Positions 12,906-25,077 of a stretch of 64,000 bases of DNA are shown one piece after another. A program made the translations under genes and the position numbers. The DNA comes from Octopus sinensis (taxonomy: Eukaryota). Position 1 is the first letter of the stretch, and the number at the start of each line of letters is the position of its first letter. The notes under the pieces are model-generated. The model did not search any database and was not told the DNA's origin. It saw only the letters and a program-made list of their open reading frames with translations. Location: contig NC_043005.1 of the NCBI RefSeq assembly GCF_006345805.1, forward strand, positions 15,004,001 through 15,068,000, written 5' to 3'.

Positions 12906-14784
12906 GTTAAAGAATGGAGTAGATGAGATCCGGGCTGCTTATGTTACACAGCGAGCGGAACCTCGGAAGTAGTAAATATCCAAGCGAGGGATATACCACA
13001 GGCTAATCGTCAGGCCAAATCTATCGTGATTAAGTGAAAGTTTACATGCATATACATCTATTTGTAGACATATACATACATATATACATACATTATACGC
13101 ACATACATACATATCAATAGATAGATTTGAGTGTGAATGAATTGGTCTGTATATGCATATATAAATATATATCTGCAAATGTGTATATATATGTGTGATA
13201 TGTATATATATTTTATGTATGTGTGTTTATGTGCTAGTATATATGTTTACATATGTGTATATGTATATATGGGTGCGTTATGCATATGTAGCGGTGATTT
13301 GAAATCAAACCGCTAGGTAATCGATCAGTCACCACAATCGAACCACAACAGCTTCACGTGATCGGTCTGTTAAACAGCCAACCAGCGTCAAGCTATCACG
13401 TGATTAGACTTCTTAAATCTTCTTGTGCCCTATAAAAGGCTTTTGGTAGTAATTAATGGCAGAATGTTGATATAGCCGATTGGCATGTATCTCCATTCTT
13501 GCCACACACGTTGGCTCATGCAGACGGCTGAGATAGACGACAGAAACCTCCGTCTTCACAAATATAGTCCAATTGTTACCAGTTGTGTTAGGCAAGCTGG
13601 GTGTTGCTGTATCAATAATTTGTCATAAACTCCAAGCAGTATCTCTCTTCCAGTATGTTATCTGTAAAAGACCAACGCAATCTGTCTTCAAGAACAATCT
13701 TTTGTTAAATGGGATCTAGTTTTTTTCATTCACAAAATATCCATTTTTTAAAAGACAATAAAAAAAAATCTGAAAATAGGCTATAATAATAAAGTTTTCC
13801 AGTCTAATTGCTATGAAGGTTTAATGTTGTGGAGAAAAAAATTGGAGAGGCTTAAAAATCGAAAAATTGTGTATTTTTAGCCAATAGCGAGACAGAAATT
13901 TTTTTGCGTTTAGTGGTGTGGTGTCAACTTTAAGGGTATACCCTGTGAAATTTATGCTTTAGTATCTGTGAAATGACCTCTTCATTGGAGGTTTCTAAAT
14001 AAACAGAAATACCGGTTAATGTTGACATTATTATCCGGAAACAAAATCGAAAAAAATAGTGCAACGGGTGTAAAAAAGGTGTAGGAAACGAATATGAAAA
14101 CAAAAATGCCCGGAAACCAACGGGGGTGGGGAGAGGCCTTCCGAAAATTTACATGATCCGATGTTTTTCCCTCGTAACTTTTAGGAAAATGTTTTTTTTT
14201 TTAAATGATATTTTATATAAATACCTTTATATAAAGAAATATCTTTTATAAAGAAACGTGTGTGAAAGGAGCGTCTGTCTCCAAAACTTCAAATTTGAGT
14301 AACGTTTTCGTGTTTGGATTTGTAAACTACGATAAGAATAACACTGGTCAACAAAGAATTTGTCCCAAGAAGAAGAATACCCGTTCCTTATATGTTTTTG
14401 CATGCAGAATTCAAAAATAATCTCAAATTATCAGTACTAAGTTCACATATTCCATTCGCCTTCATAATGCCCAGAAACTGTATAAACATCGCAAACGGCT
14501 TTTGCTATATATGAAAAATATGTAAAATATTAAGACAATTGACGAAAAATATCTATAATAAAATTCTAATTGATAATTATAAATTTTAATTAAAACAAAA
14601 CACGCGGGTGAAATAAATTTCGTGGTGTGAAGAATAAACACATGCGGGTGAAACACAACACAACGTGCGGTTGTTATGGTAACAAGCTGTTACTGCCTCG
14701 CTGTCTGTTGATTGGCTAAAATTGCCCAAATTTCCCAACTTTAATTCCAAATAACATCAGATTCTTTAATTTACAAGATAAAGT

Positions 14785-15095
14785 GGATCTTTTCTGTTTG
14801 ATAGACGGAATTTTCTAGTTAACTAAACAATTTGAAACTTCGTATACTGGTAGAATGTGTCAAAAGAAAACAATCGATAACGCAGCAATGCTGGGATTTC
14901 ATTGGTTAAAATTCGAAGATGTTGGGATTTCATTGGTTAAAATTCGTAAAATTAAACTACGTTTAAGTTACGAATTACAATTTTGTTTTCAACTTTGTTT
15001 ACAATAATGTTTTCTTTTGACACATTCTACCAGTATACGAAGTTTCAAATTTTTTAGTTAACTAGAAAATTCCGTCTATCAAACAGAAAAGATCC
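14785..15095. mobile_element. MITE-like fold-back element with 88-bp inverted repeats
   Basis: 14785-14872 vs 15008-15095 differ by one mismatch; the 135-bp spacer holds a 24-bp direct repeat; no clear TSD. Confidence 0.75.
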
Positions 15096-15280
15096 TAATT
15101 GATTGATCGTTATCAAAATACAGAGTTGCATTGATACACTAAAATTGAAAGCAATCTGAGCAAAATTAAAGGGGAGCTCATTTTGCGAATGAAAAACACT
15201 AGATCCCAGTCATCTGCACTGAACAGAACGGTATCAACACCCAAATGACACGTATATAGCTGCTTATCGAAACCTATGTA

Positions 15281-16488
15281 TTAGGTTGTTTCACATGAAA
15301 TGTATTTGAAAGGTAACAATAAAATGCTTCAGAAGTGTTAGAGAATTGATTTATTTAATCAAAGTATGATCCATGTTCATTTATGACATTTACCCAATGT
15401 TTCTCTATGTCATATATTCCATCTTTTTTTTTTAATTTATCTTTTGCTGTGATAAACTGTCCGAATGTTTCAATTACATCTTCTCTATTTAAATATGTTT
15501 TATTGCTTATGAAAAGCTAACAATGCTTAAATAAGTGATGATCAGTTGGAGAGACATCAAGGGAACATGGAGGATGTTGCAAAATCTCATAATTCAGGTT
15601 TTGCAACTTTTGGACCGTAGCTTGAGGAGTGTGATGACGTGCATTGTCGTGGAGCAGAATTGGGCCATCTCTATTTACTAGTCTGGGTTACTTCCTTTTC
15701 AATTTCTCATGCATATAATCAATTTCCTGGCAAAAGAAAGTTGCTGTTACCGTTTTCCCTTGCTACAAAAATGAATAATGAAAAACTCCTTTCGCAGATC
15801 ACCATACAGTAACCACTAACTTTTTAGGGTGCAATGGTGGGTTTGGGTAGTGTTGAGGTGACTCTCCTGCATCTAATCATTGTCCTGTTCTCCTGCTGTT
15901 GTCAAAGAGCATCCATTTCTCATCACAAATAATGATTTGGTGCTAAAATGGCCTTTGTCCAGTCGAGAAAGCAATAAATCTCGTTCAGTTGATTCGGAAC
16001 AAACCTATCCGTTTTCTTGACTTTTCCAATTTTTTACCGGTGTCAAAAAACAGTTGTGCGAGATGTTTGGAGTTCTGATGAAAGTTTTTAAACATTTGTT
16101 CTCGGATTTTGTTCAACGAAAGCATTTAATCCATCACTGATTTTGGCCTACCCCTTGGATTATTTTCAAGGCTATCATCTCCTGAACGAGAGCTTTGGAA
16201 CCACCTCTGAACAGTTCTGATGTCAACAAAACCATTACCAAAGGCCCGCTTGATATTCCGTAGAGCTTCCGCGGCAGAATGACCCAGTTTGTTCTCATAC
16301 GAGAAAACCACTCAACATAGTTTGGTTGTTATCATTTTCATAAGGTCTGTAGGTGCAAAAATTTGTATACCAATATTGTTGGGAAAGAAAAAGAGTCAAG
16401 ATTAAATGCAAGGTATACATAAATGAGTTTTTAAATGACCGAAATAACAAGTAATTAAAAATGCGACATTTCGTGTGAAGCAACCTAA
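15281..16488 (-). mobile_element. Full-length but decayed mariner (DD34D)
   Basis: TIRs TTAGGTTG(T/C)TTCACA(T/C)GAAATGT at both ends with TA TSDs; HTH piece 16126-16311; HDNARHH...HPPCSLDVSPTD with 34-residue spacing; multiple stops. Confidence 0.92.
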
Positions 16489-16852
16489 TACATTCCTTCT
16501 TTATTTATTAACAACTCTACAAGCACAAGTATTTCACGCGTAGATTTATATGGAGATAGGTATACGAATATATAACAGTATATGCATATATATGTGCGTG
16601 TGTGTACACGTACTCATAAATATACCTCGATATGAGAGCATGTACTTTGAAACTCAAATGTATTTCTGTATGTACATGAAAAGCTGTAGATACTATAGAA
16701 TCTATAGAATAGGCGATGAGGCGTATAGATGTTAATATGCCTAGATGTGTATAAAATACGTTGCCACACAAATGGATACTACAAACATCAGTTGCTGATG
16801 AAAATCTTTACATTCACTTCAAAATATATATTAACATCAAATGCTATTCTTA

Positions 16853-17083
16853 TTTCTTTATTGCCCACAAGGGGCTAAACATAGAGGAGACAAACAAGGA
16901 CAGACAAAGGGATTAAGTCGATTACATCGACCCCAGTGCGTAACTGGTACTTATTTAATCGACCCCGAAAGGATAAAAGGCAAAGTCGACCTCGGCGGAA
17001 TTTGAACTCAGAACGCAGCGGTAGACGAAATACCGCAAAGCATTTCGCCCGGCGTGCTAACGTTTCTGCCAGCTCGCCGCCTT
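16853..17083 (-). mobile_element. SINE family A
   Basis: Colinear with 2268-2500; 18-bp TSD CATCAAATGCTATTCTTA. Confidence 0.9.
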
Positions 17084-17799
17084 CATCAAATGCTATTCTT
17101 ACCCAATTGAAGACATACTTAAAGAGAAACCCTTCAATATAAGCTATTTTTACCAGTCCGCAGCCTGTGTTCTCATATAAATCTTACCTGTCGGACCCAT
17201 ATCTACATATATGCTTGAATATACACTAGCAGTAACCAAAAACAGTCACTAACCTCCCCTATTAAATATAACCAACGCAGCAGGAGCCATCTGTTGAGAC
17301 TCAACAAAGCTTCCAGCACAAAACACTGAATGTGACTAGTGTGTGACCAATCTGTGATCTGTACTTCTATATATATATATATATATATATATAACTTTTA
17401 GCATCTACAATTTACACACATACTCAAATGAACCCTAATAGTATCATATAAACAATCAATAAATTCTTTAGCTACCCAAATAGTTTCTACATAACTTTAG
17501 CTGTCAAACTAGAAACTACCTTTCCTTTCCTCCTTATTCTGTTACTTTTTTTTTAACCTAAAAATTCTTTTGACAACAACCCTATATCCATGAAGATATT
17601 CCTTTATGTAGTACAAAAATACACTATTATACCATATCTACTTTGTAACTACATTACTCCATCAACAGGGTGAACCTCAAATAACTTCAAAATTTAGGAA
17701 ACATAAGTCACCAATTCGAACAAGAGTTACCTTGCCGAAACTTTGAAGTAAATGGCAAACATTTTCTTGTAAAAATCATATACATACAAACATACAGAG

Positions 17800-17842
<43 letters not shown>

Positions 17843-17846
<4 letters not shown>

Positions 17847-18325
17847 ACAAAGTGAGATAGGGGTTGTGAGTGTAATTCAATATGGGATATCAGTTATCCA
17901 TTATACTGCTAGTGAAGTACCCAAAAGGTAAATACATAAATGCTTATAATTGCAATGCAATTAATTCATTTATTGTATTAGATGGGCGAAGGTAAAATAT
18001 TTTACCTCAAAATCATAATACAAATAAGAAAATGGAGGAACAGATTCCTTTCAATCATCGACTTACAGATAATACCAATTCATATTATTTATTAACTACT
18101 TAAATAGGAACATCCAAATCCAACAGAAAAAAAAAACAGAATAAAACAATATACATCAATAAGTAAGATAATACCATAAAAATAATACATATAAAATAGA
18201 TCTTACAGGTGTTTCAGTCTGTAGATAAAGGTATCTCATTGTGCCTATAGTTAATAAATAATATGAATTGGTATTATCTGTAAGTCGATGATTGAAAGGA
18301 ATCTGTTCCTCCATTTTCTTATTTG

Positions 18326-18330
<5 letters not shown>
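17843..18330. mobile_element. Probable PLE 3'-tail module between (TA)n tracts, with a perfect 83-bp inverted repeat
   Basis: 18016-18098 is the exact reverse complement of 18248-18330. An HHR stem-III remnant GAAACACCTGTA lies on the minus strand at ~18207-18219. The end motif CCTCCATTTTCTTATT is shared with ~20893-20908, with related ends at ~24060 (-) and ~7475. Confidence 0.65.
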
Positions 18331-18412
<82 letters not shown>

Positions 18413-18772
18413 CATGTATGTATGTATATGCATACATACACAAACTCATGTGTCTATGTATACATGAACACATATATGTATACGTGTATGTACTTATGTG
18501 TGTGTATGTGTGTGTTGGGGGCACATGACTTAGTGGTCAGGGTGTTGGTCTACGATCACTTCGACACCTGAGGCGTGGTACACCGTGCACCTGTTCAGAC
18601 AATGTCGATCTGATGATGGAGGGAGTGATCTAATGTACAGCACAAACATTTGACCACTATAAATAGGTCATTTGTTGTGCAGGTCGTTCTAAAGAACTGA
18701 ACACCCAAACGTAGTCTTCTACGGGAAGGTCCGTTATATACGCGCGCACGCACGAACATACATACATACATA

Positions 18773-18821
<49 letters not shown>

Positions 18822-18874
18822 TATGATAAAAGACAGATTTTCTCTGCCTCCAACATAGTTTGTTTTTAATATAG

Positions 18875-19300
18875 AATTTCTTCAATTGGAATTTACCTAT
18901 GATTTTTCGAAGTAGATTCGATTGGGTCATGGCATATAAATTTTTTCAATCTGACCCCCAATTAAGCAAAAATTCGAGAAAACTAAATATTTTACGATTT
19001 GCCTCTCGAATTTCAACTGCTTCACTCCCTCTATTACCACACTTTCTCCTACTTTCTCTTTGCAAGTGTACCTTCAACCACTACTCAAAAAAAAATACAC
19101 AGGAAACAGAAACAAATAAATACATAACGATTTACTCCTCACACAATTTCTTCAATTGGAATCTACCTATGATTTTTCGAAGTACATTCCAATGAGTTAT
19201 GGCATATAAATTTCTTTCAATTTGACCCCCAATTAAGCAAAAATTAGAGAAAACTCAATATTTTACGATTTCCCTCTCTCATTTCAAATGCTTTACTCCT
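18875..19300 (+). repeat. Direct repeat of ~155 bp with a 270-bp period
   Basis: AATTTCTTCAATTGGAAT(T/C)TACCTATGATTTTTCGAAG... begins at 18875 and 19145. Confidence 0.85.
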
Positions 19301-19826
19301 TGTAAACATATACATATATGACAGTGACAAACACAAACGTTTCAAACAACTACATACAAACACTCAAACACACACACAGACACGTGTGTGTTTGTTATTA
19401 GTAAAAAAGGCGCCAAACACAATTCACTTTCTCATTCGAACACATTTGCAGACACAGCAACAATTCACTGACATATGGTGAGTAGATGCTAGCCGCTCAC
19501 ATTATGAGTTACATTATTACACCAATTGTACTGGGACTGTTGTCTACTTCCCGTTAGTTTTTAGTGTCGAAGAAACAAAACTTTCTCCAGAAAGAACAAA
19601 AAAAAACTCCTAGATTTCACAAAGGACTTTAAGAAACGATAGGAAGTAAGTTCAGTTGAAGAAAAGACACGGATTTAAGGAAATCAGACGCTCGAATTGC
19701 CATGATAATTCAACAGAAAAGGTAAATTGGTTTTTAATTTACTTTCTGTCGCTAAGTTTTCGTAGTATTAATTTGCAAGCGTACTTCAGTTGTCAATTGT
19801 TGAAACAAAGAAATTGTAAGCTAAGA

Positions 19827-19894
<68 letters not shown>

Positions 19895-20064
19895 GCGTGT
19901 GTGTGTATGTCTGTCTGTGAGTGTGTATGTGTGTGTGTGTGTAGGAAGTGAACGATAAAAATATGGCAAGAAGTGGACAGATGTACATATATACATACAT
20001 ACATCCATACATACATACATGTGTGTGTGTGTATGTATTTATGTGTATTAATGTGTGTGTGTTA

Positions 20065-20455
20065 TCTCTCTCTATATAAAGCTGAAGTTGTCTGTGCGCG
20101 CCAGGTTTGGTAACCTTCAACTAACACTATCTCCTCCGAGACCCTGCGGCGCAAGTTGACCAAAATTGAGAGTATGATAGAAGAAGGATTGCTCTTCCTT
20201 CTGTAGAAGATAAAATTCAAATCGGACTATGTTAACACCAAAAATTATTTACATAAAAAAGGTGCTTTTTTCTATGAAAATCCCTATTTTTTACGATTTT
20301 TTCACTGCTGTGTCGCCACTTTTCGGTGTATTTCAACCAGAAAAATGTTCACTTGAAGAGAATAACAAGCTACATAATGCAAAATTTTTACTTTTCAAAA
20401 ATTCCAATTCCAGCGGGTCGAAACAAACCCGAGCAACGCCGGGCGATACTGTTAG
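20065..20455 (+). mobile_element. Non-autonomous Helitron-like element
   Basis: Starts with TC after A (TCTCTCTCTATATAAAG); 3' hairpin CCCGAGC-AAC-GCCGGG at 20428-20443, then TTAG (degenerate CTAG) followed by T; no TSD. Confidence 0.7.
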
Positions 20456-20517
<62 letters not shown>

Positions 20518-20519
20518 CT

Positions 20520-20908
20520 CCAAGAAAGTTAGACGTTGTGAATCCAACCCACTAAGGGATCATATCTATCCAATATACAGCTGGTAGAATACCCAATTAT
20601 TAACACACAAATGTTTTTATTGCATTGCAATTACATTACCTAGTGTACTAAATGGGTGAAGGTAAAGAGGTATTTTTACCTCTAGGCTGAAACAGCTGTA
20701 AGTTATTTTCTCAATTTATATTCATGTTTGTTATTTTATAATAATTACTGGGATCCTTATATATTAATATATGTTATATCTTATATGTAAAGCATAATAT
20801 GTTATATGTATTATATTATTGTAATTATCAGTTTAATAAATAAATAAGTTAACATAATATGTCTAAAAGTTGATGAATCACCTATTGATCCCCTCCATTT
20901 TCTTATTG

Positions 20909-20910
<2 letters not shown>
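20520..20910 (+). mobile_element. Probable PLE-tail module with an HHR remnant, between (TA)n tracts
   Basis: GAAACAGCTGTA (palindromic stem III plus GUA) at ~20688-20699; first half resembles 17843-18010; ends CCCTCCATTTTCTTATT. Confidence 0.5.
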
Positions 20911-20959
<49 letters not shown>

Positions 20960-20964
<5 letters not shown>

Positions 20965-21236
20965 GCGCACCCTCGTTTTGGGATCACTACTACTTTGTTA
21001 TCTCCTCTACTTCTTAGCTCTCCTGTGTGACCCTTCTGTCCGGCATTCGCCATGATAGATCGCTAGCCACTACACACATTCCTTTTCTCTCCTTGTTTCT
21101 TTCTGTGTTCCTTTCTGTGGAAGAGCGTAGCCCCGAAACATTAAAGACTTTTTCAATTCCCGAGCGTTATACTAATACATCTGTTTGTTTTCTACACCAC
21201 CAGTCTTCGTCTTTTGTTTTTTTGTGAATTCTCCCT
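20960..21236 (+). mobile_element. Minimal-hammerhead element, copy 3 (longest, HHR decayed)
   Basis: CCTTT CTGTGGAA GAGC gtag CCCC GAAA CAT T AAAGA at 21110-21147; (TA)n on both sides. Confidence 0.75.
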
Positions 21237-21849
21237 ATATATATATATATAAGGTAGTTTGTTATCCCTAGTCAGAAAGTGAACATTGGTTTCGCGCTTA
21301 TAGAGCGTTCAGACTCAATTGACTGAAGGTACATAACTTCTCTACAACTGGAGGTGAGGAATATGTCATGTTCAGTTAATTTTGTAAACAAAAGTATACC
21401 GGAACGAAACTCTACAGGCCGAGTTATCCCTATTGCTCATGCAGGGTTAACAATGAGTGCTCAATGGTGGTGGTTATGGTGTAGTGTGGGGGTGGGGTTG
21501 TTCGATGCAACTCTGAAGGTATAGCGTATGAGGCTGTGGCACTGACCGCATTGGCGACAACAGCGACAGCAACAACATTAACGGCACCAACAACACATCC
21601 GTCGACAACAACAACGAAAGCAATTGCAACAGCAGCAGCGCATCAAGCTGCAATGGCAACGACGACAGTAATAGCACCGGCAGCACCAGCAATGTGTTTG
21701 ATAACAGCAGCAGCAGCGGCTTTAAGAGCGAGCTGTAACAGCAGCAACAGCAGCAGCACCAGCAGCAGCACCACCACCACCACCACCACCACCACCACAA
21801 CCATCAGCAACGGGTTCAGGAATGACAACAGAACCAGCAGAGATAATGA

Positions 21850-22470
21850 CAGCAACAACAGAAATATGTCAGTTCTCCAGGCGGCCAATTTAAGCATCGT
21901 TTTAACAATCACAAGCCCTCCTTTAGGATGCTTGGAAGGTGCAAAATCGCATCCCTCGCCAGTTAAGTATGGCATTCAGAAAAGGAAGATACATAATTAA
22001 ATGGAAGCTCCTAGAACAACCGGAGCCGTACGTCAACGGAGCAAACGATGTAAGCTTTGCTTGGACTAAAGTGGAAGAATCCTGAAAGGCTCTCTTGATC
22101 CAAAGACCTTTTTAAACTCCAAATAAAAGTGATGTTTAGTTAGTGTCCTCATCAGAGAAAATTCATGTTCAAGACTTGGAATTCCTCGTTTACCGACTAG
22201 GGAAATGCAGCCACCTTCAGCCGGCCTGTCGTGGTCACAATTAGAACCGATCTAAGCGGGGATAACTCCACCTGGCTCGAAATTTTGTCAGTAAAGTTTC
22301 GTTCCGGAATCTTTTGTCTACAAACTTAACTGACCATGATGTATTCCTTGTAGAGAGTTGTGGACTCCTCCCGCCTATAAAACTAAGCGCTTTATAGATG
22401 CGAAACCAAAGGTCACTCTCTGACCAGACATAATAAACAACCTTCTAACTGTTACAGCTCTAATATTTTG
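21850..22470 (+). mobile_element. Neptune-type PLE GIY-YIG C-terminal fragment plus 3' UTR
   Basis: Frameshifted pieces KYVSSPGGQFKHRFNNHKPSFR, YIIKWKLLEQPEPYVNGA, RCKLCL and CPHQRKFMF; HHR-shaped remnant at 22352-22421. Confidence 0.75.
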
Positions 22471-22669
22471 GAGTATGCTTCTTTTCGGATATATGAACAA
22501 TTGATCGAATACACATACATACGTGGGTGGGTGTTTCTTTGAGTTTTATAAGGGAGTTCAAGCTGGGCGCTAATAAAGCGACGAGACTTTTTGAGTGAAG
22601 AGAGTTTTCGGTGTTTGTAAATATGTGGTTGAGATGATGTCTTCGTTGAATTGTCAATATAGACTCCTA

Positions 22670-22888
22670 GAAGGCGGCAAGCTGGCAGAATCGTTAGCAC
22701 GTTGGACGAAATGCTTAGCGGTCTTTTGCCCGCCGCTACGTTCTGAGTTCAAATTCCGCCGAGGTCGACTTTGCCTTTCATCCTTCCGGGGTAGATAAAT
22801 TAAGTACCAGTTACACACTGGGGTCGATCTAATCGACTGGCCCCCTTCCCCAAAATTTCGGGCCTTGTGCCTAGAGTAGAAAAGAATA
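22670..22888 (+). mobile_element. SINE family A, alternative tail
   Basis: Same head and core as 2268-2500, with a CCCCAAAATTTCGGGCCTTGTGCCTAGAGTAG tail; imperfect TSD AATA(T/A)AGACTCC. Confidence 0.85.
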
Positions 22889-23619
22889 AAGACTCCCAAA
22901 TATGTGCATCTATTCACCTAAAGCATCTAAACTGGCGAACCTTAGGAATGTCATACAAATCTTCACTGTGCCACTTATAGACTGGATTTGAAGAATCCGC
23001 GCCAGTTTCTTTTGCTCTTTCTTCGAAAAACCTAGTACTTCTATGTTTTTGCGTAAATTTGTAGGTACATAGCTTAACACACCTATGAAGTTGATAGGTA
23101 CAAACGAGAATATATAACCATGTATAAGAGCTGTAAGTTTTGCATTAATTCAGCATAAATGCTCTCGTTTACTTGGACTTTTGATGGTACGTTCACATCC
23201 GCCGGACTACTGACCCCAAAGAAGTGCACACATGTACGTATGTGCGTATGTACGTATGCATGCATGTATTATGCATGTATGTATGTATGTATGTATGTAT
23301 GTATGTATGTATGTATGTATGTATGTATGTATGTATGTATGTATGTATGTATAAGTGGTTTCATAAACAAAAATGTAAGCACCCAATACATTGCGTCCAG
23401 TCAATTTTCTTGTTTTTATACAATAGGTTTGACATACTGTTGCTTTTCCATAAATTCCATACTATATATAGCTTTCTTCAGATCTATGTGATTCGAGAGA
23501 AAAATATTCCCACGAAATCAAATCCATTTGGGGTGGCTATTATTAGCATGAAATACTTATGAAAATGTAGTAATAACCGTACAGTATGTGTGTGAATATA
23601 TAAATATATATATATATAT

Positions 23620-23837
23620 ATACGGTTTAAGTAATTGAGATTCAGGTGAATTCTAATGAATTCACATGAATATGGTCCTTAACTAGGATGCACCGGAAAT
23701 CTATATGGTGTTAACCATACGACAAGTGGGGTGATTACAAATAGGAAAAAAGCAACAAGAATGGATTAAAAACAATTGTACCGAGATTTTAATCCATTCT
23801 TGTACCGAGATTTTAATCCATTCTTGTTGCTTTTTTC

Positions 23838-23843
<6 letters not shown>
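23620..23843 (-). mobile_element. PLE-tail module (same family as 24565-24830) with a 33-bp perfect fold-back
   Basis: 23739-23771 is the exact reverse complement of 23811-23843; the spacer holds a 24-bp direct duplication and an HHR stem-III remnant AAACAATTGTA. Confidence 0.7.
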
Positions 23844-23922
<79 letters not shown>

Positions 23923-24564
23923 GAGGATATGTTAACCTCGTAAAGGGATGGTTACACCCAAGGAGATACTAATTCAATACCAATCATTACTGGAGAATGA
24001 AATTCAATTAAAACAATAGGTGTATATTTAAGCAAATAGTTTATATCCAGTTAAATGAAGAAAAGAAAATGGAGAGTAGGAAGTTAATAAATTATTTATT
24101 ATTAACAAATTGGTCATCTTTATTTCTTACAGCCGTTTCAATTAATACTCAATAACTTAATTACAAATTTGTACATTAAATTTGCATTTATGTGATATGA
24201 GCATAATTTCATCAGAGAAAAATATATACATTCAGATGTTATATGCGGAGCCATTCGTTCATTTCAGTGTCTGCACGGACGACGGCCGAACCAAGAAAAA
24301 AAAAGAGCTGGCTTGGCCGAACACCGGTCATGTGGGGAGAGAAGAGAGGGAGGTAGGGACAGAAGAATTGAGGGGCGAGAAAAAATGACAGGGACAGTGA
24401 AATGAAAAGAGGAGGGAAAGTGAGCAAGAAGAGAAGGCAGGGAAATGTGAGAGAAGGGAAACGAAAGAACGAACGAATAAGCGTGAAAGGGCTGATAGAA
24501 AGAAAGAATAGAGTCGTACAAGATTTTGATAAATATATACTTACATATAAGAGACCAAAGTATA

Positions 24565-24830
24565 CGTACGCCGCTATATATATATATAAGTTCAGCAAAA
24601 ATTTAGATTCAAATGAATATGGTACTTAATTTAGATGCACCAGAATTCTGTATGGCGTTATCCATAAAAATCCGTGGGGGTAATTATAATCAAAATAAGC
24701 AACAAGAATGACTCCGGTAATTTGGTACGATCGTTTCGTACTACATCATTTTATTAAATGTTGTAAGTATTATAACAGTTTTAAAATGCTGAGCACTCAT
24801 CAGCCAATTATAGAGGTTTTCCATTAATAC
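24565..24830 (-). mobile_element. Non-coding PLE-tail module carrying an intact hammerhead
   Basis: Tail TTCTTGTTGCTTATTTTG...ATTCTGGTGC...AAGTACCATATTCAT is shared with 36835-36937 (+) and, more loosely, 23620-23770 (-); ends at (TA)n. Confidence 0.75.
24718..24810 (-). ncRNA. Type I hammerhead ribozyme with intact core
   Basis: Minus strand: TAATTGG / CTGATGA / GTGCT...AGTAC (extended stem II including CATTTTA/TAAAATG) / GAAA / palindrome ACGATCGT / A / CCAAATTA; predicted cleavage after GUA at 24726. Confidence 0.88.
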
Positions 24831-25077
24831 AAAAATTTTCATATCAAGTGGCAACATTATAGAGAAGGTAGATATACAGACAAAGATGTGGATTTAAATT
24901 TTAAGAACATTTGAGGTAGTGGAGCCCATCGACTGACTGACTAAGATTCGGTTGTTCCAGACTACTGTAAGGTTCTGAGAGGGAAGAACAAGTGAAAGAA
25001 GACAATAAAGATTTTCTAATTATAGAAATGGGGTAAAGGGGATTTCAGAGCTCCATATAAGGAATTTATGTAGTTGC

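Noticed and set aside
13450-13560. Cys-rich EGF-like reading on the minus strand (YICEDGGFC...VCGKNGDTC)
   Set aside because: In-frame stops, no convincing splice sites and wrong Cys spacing.
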